Shown in pieces: positions 1 through 9,209 of a stretch of DNA of 20,000 bases. The DNA is from Reclinomonas americana ATCC 50394 (taxonomy: Eukaryota), in contig PS015097.1 of the NCBI GenBank assembly GCA_048213135.1, forward strand, positions 375,231 to 395,230, written 5' to 3'. The translations under genes were made by a program, and so were the position numbers. Numbering within the stretch: position 1 is the first letter of the stretch; each line of letters starts with the position of its first letter. The notes under the pieces were generated by a model, which was given only the letters and a program-made list of their open reading frames with translations, searched no databases and was not told the DNA's origin.

Positions 1-527
1 ACCACGAAAGCACAGACCGATGCGGATGACCTGAACACAGCGAGCCGGCCGAGGGCTTCCATCTCTGGCGCACTGGCGGTGAGGAAGCCGATCGAGAGGA
101 TCGCAAGAACGAGCTGTTTGTGCGGGAAACAAGTGAGAGGGCCGGGAGTGGATGAGAGTGTGTGCGTGATCGTGCATGCAGACCTGGATCCACAACAGCA
201 TGCGTGATCGGGCGCGCATCATCATGGCGTGCTCTCGGCGGGTGAGGAGCACGTGCACAATGACCACGAGGCCGAGAAGCGTCAGTGACAGCGGATGCAC
301 GCTGTGTGTTCGGGTTGGTGTGGTCGGTCAGGAGGAGGAGAAGATGCGACGAATGATTGAAAGGGATGCGCTTGTGATCGCACGTGTGTGTGTGAGCGTG
401 CGCGCGTGGATGTGTGTGTGCACACTCACACATGGGCAACATCAACAGACGAGTCCAGCAAGCCACTATTCTGCAACGTGTAGGCCACCTGCCACCGGAA
501 CTCGCAGTCCGCAAACTGCCCAGACAT
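1..527 (-). CDS. 5' part (3 exons: 527-430, 301-184, 113-<1) of a multi-pass membrane protein, GPCR-like (class C / 7TM-RGS-like); continues off the window
   Basis: ATG at 527. Introns 429-302 (GTGAGT..CAG, phase 2) and 183-114 (GTCTGC..CAG, phase 0) join in frame to give MSGQFADCEFRWQVAYTLQNSGLLDSSVDVAHVVHPLSLTLLGLVVIVHVLLTRREHAMMMRARSRMLLWIQLVLAILSIGFLTASAPEMEALGRLAVFRSSASVCAFV. This reads as a hydrophobic helix, a basic RxHxxxxRARSxxLL loop, a second helix, then a Cys at the start of a third. Family assignment is motif-based inference. Confidence 0.7.
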
Positions 528-691
528 CGTGGCGACAAAACGAGCGTGATAGCACAGCTTCCCTCCCCTCCGTGTGCTGGTACGTGCAGCCGGCGATGTT
601 TTCACTCTCGGTTTGTACGAACTTGTCCCACTGTCGCTGCGAGGCTCTCCTCGACGTTAACAACTTCTTTTCTTTTACTTAATAACATCTT

Positions 692-1610
692 CTAGCCGCC
701 TGGCGTATCCGCGGCCCCCAACAGCGGCACCTTGAGTGAGGCCGAGCGGTCTCGCTGACCCGCCGTGACCACCACATCGGACGCCACAATGCCCGTGGTG
801 AGCAGCGGCACCGGGCCAGGTGACAGTGTGGTCTTCCGTTGTTGCATCTCAACGCCGGGAAGGGAGACCGCAGAACGGTCCACATCTGAAGGGCGTGTAC
901 GCACAATGGTCAGGGCGACGTGGGTGCATGGAGTCCTCACTCCCTCGCTCTATAGATCTCACCACTGTCGTCCACCTCCGATCCACTGTCGTAGGCCTCG
1001 GTGCCATTGGTGCGGGTGAGACTTCGCCGCCGTCGTCGACGGCAGAATCGCACAACCCAGCGACCGTAATCGTAGAGAATTGGACTTGCCAGCACCAACG
1101 ACGCGAAAAGCAGCAGAATGAGGCACGTCCAGTTCTTGAAGCCTTGCGATGTCTGCGAGGTGAACACGGTGGCAATGACGACCAGCGTGCCGAGACCGAC
1201 CGTCTGCGCCAAGTGGCAAGCATGAGCACAAACATCGCCATCGTCACCATCATCATCACCATCGCGGCGTACCTCCAAAATGTTGTCAAGACGTCTGTTG
1301 TAGGCCTGAATCCACAGATGCACCGCCAGGAATCCCACACAAACCAGCCACAGCGAGAGCGAGAGCGTGTTGAGGCTGCCGACAGCGGCGAGTGGATACT
1401 GAACGGCCAGGAGAATGATACGGCGCGTCAATTGGTACCCTGGGTGACACATGGTGGGTGAGGGATCGCGCACACGGATAAGTTGGAGCGGCATACCTTG
1501 GTACCACACCACCTGCGGTTTGAACTGGCTGTACATGCTGCCGTACAGGCGCATGGTCTGCGAGTGATGTTGAGAGAGGGAGAAGGAGTTTGAGGGGACG
1601 AGAGAAGAAG

Positions 1611-1642
<32 letters not shown>

Positions 1643-3234
1643 GAAGAACAAGAACAAGAAGAGGAAGAGGAAGAGGAAGAGAAGAAGAAAAAGAAGAACA
1701 AGAAGAGGAAGAAGAAGAACAAGAAGAGGATGAGGAAGAGGACGAGAGAAGAGGAGGAGGAGAAGAAGAAGAAGAACAAGAAGAGGAAGAGGACGAGAGA
1801 AGAGGAAGAGGAAGAGGAAGAGGAAGAGGAAGAGGAAGATGCAGAGGATAGGTGACCTTTAAGAGAGAGAGAGAGAGAGAGAAGAAGAAGAAGAAGAAGA
1901 GAGAATGGACGACAACAAACGTGCAGCAACAGCCCAAGAGCTGCCGTCACACCGCGGAAAAACAAGGAGGCAAAGAAAGCAGAGGAAACATGCAGTGCAG
2001 TGGCGCTGACCAACAACTGCAGATAATATCACACCAGACATGCACCAAGGGAATTGAGAGAGGATCAAAGCAGCACACACTGAAAGAGATGCCGTACACA
2101 GGAGACAGACTAAAAAAAGAAGAGAGAATGCACGTTTACCAACACGTGGAGGAACTGTTGCACCGACCCCACAGCAGACGGAAAGATGCGGAGAAGATGA
2201 GACAAGCGCACTGAAAGGAAACGAGTGGAGAGCATGAGCGTTGATTAACAGGAAACAGCAGTCGTGCCAGTGGCCTAAAAAATCTCGGACCATTTCCTTG
2301 CCTCAACCCTTCTGCTACTGTACCAGCAACGCACCTTTTCGTCATCCAGTCGACGCTGTCGCCGCAAGCGGAGAGTGAGAACGACGATGAGAATGGGGGC
2401 GGCCAGCAAAACGAGGCCCAGTATGACAAAGACGGCAATGAGTTTCATCCACCTGCACACAGAGCGCGCCGTCAGCACCATGTATTCTAAAAAAATGCAA
2501 CATCGCGCGGTAACGGGCACGCAACACTCCCTCGTAGCAAACGATGCTCGGCGAGAAGAGCATCAACTGCGACTGGCCAACCTTGGTGCACGCGAAAAAC
2601 ATAATCGCGGTGTCGACCAGGCCTTCGTAGGCGCCCACCAAAAGCACAACGGTGGTGGTGGCGTAACGGAACGGCGTACCCACACGACCAAACCAGCGCA
2701 CAAAGCGCGTCCAATACTGACGTCGATGCTGGAAGCGGTGGTCTTGCACGCACCACCGGTTCATGGCGACGGCCAGGAGCTTGTGCGCGGCAAACGTGAT
2801 CCACACCAAGGCCAGCGACATGAGCGGCGACAGGATGCGCAGAATGAGATCGCCAACGGCCGTGATTTGCAGCGGACAGCCGGCGTGAATGCGCGGAATG
2901 CGGAAAGACATGAGCGAAGTCAGCGCCTCCAGCTCCACTTCCGGATAGAAGAGCAGAGCGGTTGTTTGCAGAGTGAAGATTAGCATTTCGGCACTCGCTG
3001 TGGCGAGGGGGGAGGTGAGAGAAGGCGGTGAGGGGGGAGCGCGCGGGCAACAACACAGACACACACAAAGAGAGAGAGAGAGAGAGACAGGTACCAACCT
3101 CCACTGCCACCGCCCTGGAAGAAAACGTGCACGATAATGACAAAGCCCCACATGCGCGCAAATACCCACAGCCGGGCCAGGTGGCTGGTGCTCTCGCACT
3201 CGATACACTCGCCCTCCCAGTGCGAGTATCCGTC
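692..3234 (-). other. C-terminal membrane domain of the large gene (~9 hydrophobic helices) plus cytoplasmic tail
   Basis: Hydrophobic segments such as WVFARMWGFVIIVHVFF, ILSPLMSLALVWITFAA, LIAVFVILGLVLLAAPILIVVLTL, LSLWLVCVGFLAVHLW and CLILLLFASLVLASPILY. Motifs FFACTKVG..LMLFSPSIVCY, RLYGSMYSQFKPQVVWYQ..LTRRII and HLWIQAYNRRLDNILE match the pattern I know from protist 'GPCR-related'/TRP-like (fungal Flc/Pkd2-type) C-terminal membrane domains. Confidence 0.7.
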
Positions 3235-6200
3235 CTGCCACAACGTGGTGAGCTCATGAGCATGCCGCCATCCCTTCCTCTTCTCTACGTGACGCACCGC
3301 ACATGCACCACACATGGGTGAGCTGGGCGACCGATGTGATGTCGTCGTACAATAGTTGGTGCCGGGAGCAAATGCCTCGCCGCCAGTGGCACAGTAATCG
3401 TAGGGGCACAAGTAGACGTGGAGAGCGCCGTCGGGAGGTGGCAGCACGATTCCTGAACTCGGACCGCGGACAGTAGCTGGCTGGAACTGCCAGTCGGCAG
3501 ACACCGGGAACGACCAGTACCCGGACTGCACAAACAGATCGGTACCGCCCTGGCACTGCACGTGCGGTGGACAGGAAACACACTGCTCGCCAAACACCGG
3601 CAGCGAGTACTGGCCCTTCGGGCACGACACGCAGCCTTGACCTGTCTGGTACGAGTATCCTGCCGGGCACGCTGTAACGTTCATCGTCATCAGCGGCGGA
3701 TTCACAAACGTGCCGCCAGAGCTCATGCTGACTTGAATGGCAAAGCCGTCTGGCACAGATCGACTACCGGAGCGCACGTGAGAACGCGACGTCATGGTGG
3801 TGGTGGTGGTGTTGGCGTCCGCTACCACAGTCAGATCGAAAGTGGCGACTCCATCACGTGTGGCCTGTGACTGCTGCTGATCCTGTAGTGGAGATTTCAG
3901 CACGTTGAACAAAGGAGAAGAGATCGTTTGTGAACACATTCGCAACTCCCGAATTGCAGGCGCCACAAGCAACATCGAACAGCATGCCATCGAGAGTGGA
4001 CATGAGTTGACCAAAGCTGTCTTCCGCTTGCACGAGGACGACACGTGGCGTAGCTGACGACGGGTACGACACGGAGCTGTTGCTGGTGGACTCTTGCACG
4101 TTGACCGTGTAGATTGCTGTGCGAGAAGTCAACATACGAGGAGGAGGGAAAAGGGGAAAGAGAGAGGAACAAAAGAGATAAGAGGAGGGGGAGAGGAAGA
4201 GAAAAGATAAAGGGAGGAAGAGCGGCAAAGGAGAGGAAGAAAAAAGAGGAGAGGGAGAGGGAGAGGCGGAGAAGGAGTGGAGAAGGAGAGGAAGAGAAAA
4301 GATTAGGGAAGGAGAGCGGCAAAGGAGAGGAAGAAAAGAGGAGGAGAGGGGGAGGAGGGAAAGGAGTGGAGAAGAAGAGGAAGAGAAATGTTAAGGCAAG
4401 GAGAGCGGGAAAAGGACAGAAAGAGAGGAGAGCGGGAAAGAAGAGGAGGAAAAAGAGGAGATATCGACAACTACCGCCAGTAATATCCTCTCTATCTCTT
4501 TTCTTCCTTCTCTCTCCGTCGCGCTGCTGCAATGCTAGACAGAAACACAAGCGAGGCAAGGGACAGACAGCAGCTGCGCCTTCTCTCCTTTCTAAAACGA
4601 AACCCCCTCCATATTGCTCAACTTGTGGCTCCCTCAACGCCCCAGCTGGCCATGTTGCCGTCGAACGCAAACCGATGAGCGGCGGCCCATTGCGGCCATC
4701 CACCGGCCAGTTGCACGGCCTGTACGAGTGGATCGAGAGTCTGCGGATCGCTGTCGCCGTTCCAGAATATGCCGCCGCCGCCGCCCTGCCCCAGCAAATG
4801 CAACATGTCGGGCGGCGCATTGGCGGTGTTCCCGGTGAAGGTCAGGCCCGACAAAGTCGCTCCAGCCGGTGTGGCGGGATACGCGGGCAGCGTAAAGTTG
4901 AGCGACATTCCGCCACCGCGGCTGTTGCTCACATTGTCCGCGAAGAGCGAGTTGAAGAAATGCAGAATTCCACTATTCGAGATGGTCATGCCGCCACCGT
5001 CTCCGTTCTCGGCCACGTTGGCAACCAGCTGACATGCGGTGATGTTCAGGATGCCGCTGCCGCCAAAGAACAGGCCGCCACCGGCACCGAGGGCACGATT
5101 GTTGTTGATAAAGGACGCGGACAGGGAGACTCGAGGCGAGTCAGCCATGTACAACGCACCGCCGGAGATGGCTCGATTGCCGAGAAACGAAACTGATGTT
5201 GCGTCCAATTTGGCGCTCTCGGCCATGCCCACTGCTCCTCCACCGCTGCCGCCGAGCGCAGTGTTGACGGAAAAGCGTGTCCCGACGAGCTTCGAGCTCG
5301 ACCGTCCCGAGAGCTCGACCGCACCTCCGCTGAGACCCGATTGGCCATTCGACAGAGTGCTGTAGTCGTCGAGCCAGTAGCAGAAATCGTCGACCACAAG
5401 GTGGCCACCGGAGGAAACAGCGTTGTTGTTGAAAAAGGTGGCGTTCACGGAGACGAACACGCTGCGTTGGACCAAATTCAAGGCGCCGCCGGCCAGCGTG
5501 GCATTGTTGCCGGAAAATGTGCTGTTGGCCACTGTCACATAGGTGCGACCCTCGGCAAAGATGGCACCGCCGTCGGCCAGCTCAGCTACGTTGTTGAGCA
5601 GCTCACTCTCCGAAAAGTCGTGTGTGCACTGCTCGCCGGCAAACACGCCGCCACCAAAGCTCGCACTGTTGCCCACCACGCTCGCACCATACCAACTCGT
5701 CGTCGAATACGAGGCACTGTAGGCTCCGCCACCAAAGAAGACGGCTGCATTGTTGCTGACCACGCCTGCAATTGTTGTATTCATGAGGCCGGCCAGATAG
5801 AAGCCACCGCCCAGCGTCAGCGCCGCATTGTGCGTCACCGACGAGTCGCTGCTGATGCTGAGTGTCGAGTCACCAATGCCATACACACCGCCACCCACGT
5901 CGCCAAAGTTATCGGAGAGTACGGTGGCGGAGAGCAGACGCACAGCAATGTCGTCGCTCGTGATGGCCAGTCCGGCACCGAACTTGGCCAGATTTTGCAT
6001 CACAGAGCAGCCAACAATGTCCACGGACGACTGCGGCTCCGATACGAGCACACCTCCTCCCACGCCACTAGAGGCCACATTCAAGGCCACGATCACCGCC
6101 GACAATGACGACTGATCGGCGATGGCCAGACCGGCTCCGCCAGTGTCAGCCTGATTGCCAGTCACAGTCGACGTGCGGAGCGTGGCACCGTTGGCCACCA

Positions 6201-9174
6201 CCGCACCGCCTCCCACTGCAGCCGGACCATGCACCACGTTCTGGCGCAACGTACAGCTCGAGCCGACGCTGCCTAAGCCCAGCATCGCACCACCGCCGCC
6301 ACACGTACGCCCGGCATACACACTGTCGATGGAGAGCGTGACAGAATTCGACACGAAATTGCACCACGTCACCGACGCGCCTTTGATGGCGAACACGCCG
6401 CCACCTCCGCACTGATCGCCCGCAGCGTACGACGTGCCACTGGTCGACGCAACGTCGGCAGCCAGGCCACCGATACCAGCATCAACAACGGAGTTGGCGG
6501 AGAACGAGGAAGACTGGACGGCCGTGTAGGGGCCAATCAGCATCAGGCCACCGCCACCATTGTTCGGGCTCGCAGTGCCGTCGAGCGAGGCATAGTCACC
6601 GCCTCGGCCATCACGCACGGACTGATTCCTCGTGAACGTGCAGTTGGCGACAAGCAGTGGCTGCTGCACCTGGTGTGTGAAACACTCGAGACTGAGCACA
6701 AAGACAAAGCAACAACGAATGGCTCGTATGTACGCATGCATGCCTGTGCAAAGGCTCCTGACAAGGTCGGGGACACCATCAGCAGGGCACCACCGCCGCT
6801 GTAGCCGCCATTGGAGGGGCCTACGGTTGTCGAATCACCACCAGCTGCGTTCGACATGGAGAGGTTGGAGTCGAACTGGCATGATCGCACGGTCTGTCGC
6901 ATGACCAGAGGGTGAGATGGTGCGTGACGCATGCAAGAAAAAGGCACAAAAAACCACGTACGCACCACGGGGCCAGAGGGTTCGGTTGGCCGGGTGGAGA
7001 TTAGCACGGCGCCACCGCCGCAAAAGTAGGAGGCGGAGAGCGCCGAGGCAACTTTGCGATTGATTCCGTTGCCGGCATTGTTACCGCCGCTCCCTGAATG
7101 CGAGGGGGCGGGAGAAGGGGGAATGAGGAGAAGGGGGGATGAGGAGAAGGGGGGATGAGGAGAAGGGGGGATGAGGAGAAGGGAGAAGGAGAACGGAGAA
7201 GCGACAAGGGGAAGTAGAAAGGGGAAGGAACAGGGGGAAGGAACAGGGGGAAGGAACAGGGGTGAAGGAACAGGGGTGNNNNNNNNNNNNNNNNNNNNNN
7301 NNNNNNNNNNNNNNNNNNNNNNNNNNNNNNNNNNNNNNNNNNNNNNNNNNNNNNNNNNNNNNNNNNNNNNNNNNNNNNNNNNNNNNNNNNNNNNNNNNNN
7401 NNNNNNNNNNNNNNNNNNNNNNNNNNNNNNNNNNNNNNNNNNNNNNNNNNNNNNNNNNNNNNNNNNNNNNNNNNNNNNNNNNNNNNNNNNNNNNNNNNNN
7501 NNNNNNNNNNNNNNNNNNNNNNNNNNNNNNNNNNNNNNNNNNNNNNNNNNNNNNNNNNNNNNNNNNNNNNNNNNNNNNNNNNNNNNNNNNNNNNNNNNNN
7601 NNNNNNNNNNNNNNNNNNNNNNNNNNNNNNNNNNNNNNNNNNNNNNNNNNNNNNNNNNNNNNNNNNNNNNNNNNNNNNNNNNNNNNNNNNNAAGGAACAG
7701 GAGGAACGGAACAGGGGGAAGGAAAAGGGGAAGGAGAAGGGGAAAGTAACAGGGGAAGGAGAAGGGGGATGGAACGGGGGGGATGGGGAGATGAGGGAAG
7801 GGAGATAAGTGGGATGAATAAGAAGTGAAAGGAGGATGGATATGAAACAGGAGAGAAGGAGAGAGGCAATGAAGAGACAGACGGAGACGGGATACGGGGA
7901 GCACCGAGTGAGGCAATGAGCGCGGACTCAGACGCAGTGAAGGACAGAGGCAACTGGCGGAAAACAGGGAGAATGCAAACGCGAATGCACACCGTTTCCG
8001 ACAGCCTGGTTGCCTGTGAATGTTGAATTCGTCATCTGCGATGTGGAGGAGAGAGTGAGAAGCGAATGCGTGAGACAAAAGGATTGACCATCGAGCCACC
8101 AATTTAGTACGCAACTGTAATGGAACTCTGGTCAAATGGCAGAAACACGAGCACAGCTCCGCCGCCAGAGATGCTCGATGAGGAGTCGCCAGAGAGGCCG
8201 TTAGAGTTGCCACCGACTCCATTGTTGAGGGCCATGTTGTTCGCAAACGTGCAGTTGGACATTGTCGCCTAATACGCACATGTCAGTAAGAAGCAACTGG
8301 TGTATGCAGTGTGATTGCGGAGTGAACGCACCGGCCCAAGAGGGTACAGCATAATTGCACCGCCACCGTTCTGCCCGACGGTTGACACGCCGGAGATGTC
8401 GTTGAATGATCCTGCGTGCGCCACATGGTGTCATGATCAGACTCCACTGCGTAGCGAGCAAAGAACACACTAGCATGTCATCTGCGCACCGCCACAACCG
8501 CATGCTACAGCCGAATTATTAAGGAATCGGTTGTTAGTGATGCTCCCCTGCACATGAGACGGTAAGCATCTCCCTATGAAGCACGTGTGTAAACATGAGC
8601 TGCATATTTCAAACGCACGGTCCCAAAGCCAAAGATCCACGCAGCGCCACCCCCCGCAATACCGGCATTAGCGTCGCCAGTGGTGGAGTTGTTGCCTGTA
8701 CATCAATTGAGCCATGAGTACAGATCACCAGGATGCCACTGAAACTTGCCGACACACCTCCGCTGGCCACCTGCCAGACTCGATTTCCGGTAAACGTGCA
8801 ATTGTCGAGTGTGAAGGTCGGCTGTGACGGGCAGCGCACGGAGAGACGTAAATGCAACGAGCAGTGTGTGGGGAAAAGAGAGAGAAGAGAGAGAGAAGAA
8901 AAGAGAAGAGAAAAGAAAGAAGAAAAGGGGAGGCAAAGAAGAGAGCGAAGAGAAGAGTGGAGTAGAGAATTGTGAGAAGGGAAGAAGAGAAGGGGAGGCA
9001 GAAAAGAGAGCGAAGAGAAGAGAAGAAAAGAGTGGAGCAGAGAAGACGGGAGAAGGGGAGAAGAGGAGAGAGAGAAGAGAAGAGAGGGAGAAGGAGAGAA
9101 GAGGAAAAAGAGAGGAGGATCCGAAGAGAGAATGAGCGAGTGCAAGAGCAAATGCGAGCTCGCGGCGGACACAC

Positions 9175-9209
<35 letters not shown>

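Noticed and set aside
176-1461. + strand ORFs 176..682, 414..695, 820..1461
   Set aside because: Antisense to well-supported spliced minus-strand genes; no recognisable motifs.
1558-2016. Poly-Ser/Phe/Leu N-terminal half of ORF 937..2016
   Set aside because: Simple-repeat intron; exons 2452-2335 and 1557-1497 join directly into a recognisable motif (DEK|TMRLYGSMY).
2136-2212. Possible extra exon after a cctttcag acceptor in intron 1558-2334
   Set aside because: Its inclusion is not phase-compatible with the flanking exons, and the peptide does not fit the family motif.
4114-5196. 360-aa + strand ORF with a Lys/Arg/Glu-rich N-terminus
   Set aside because: It is the translation of an intronic polypurine tract plus the antisense of the Pmp-like exon; no independent coding signal.
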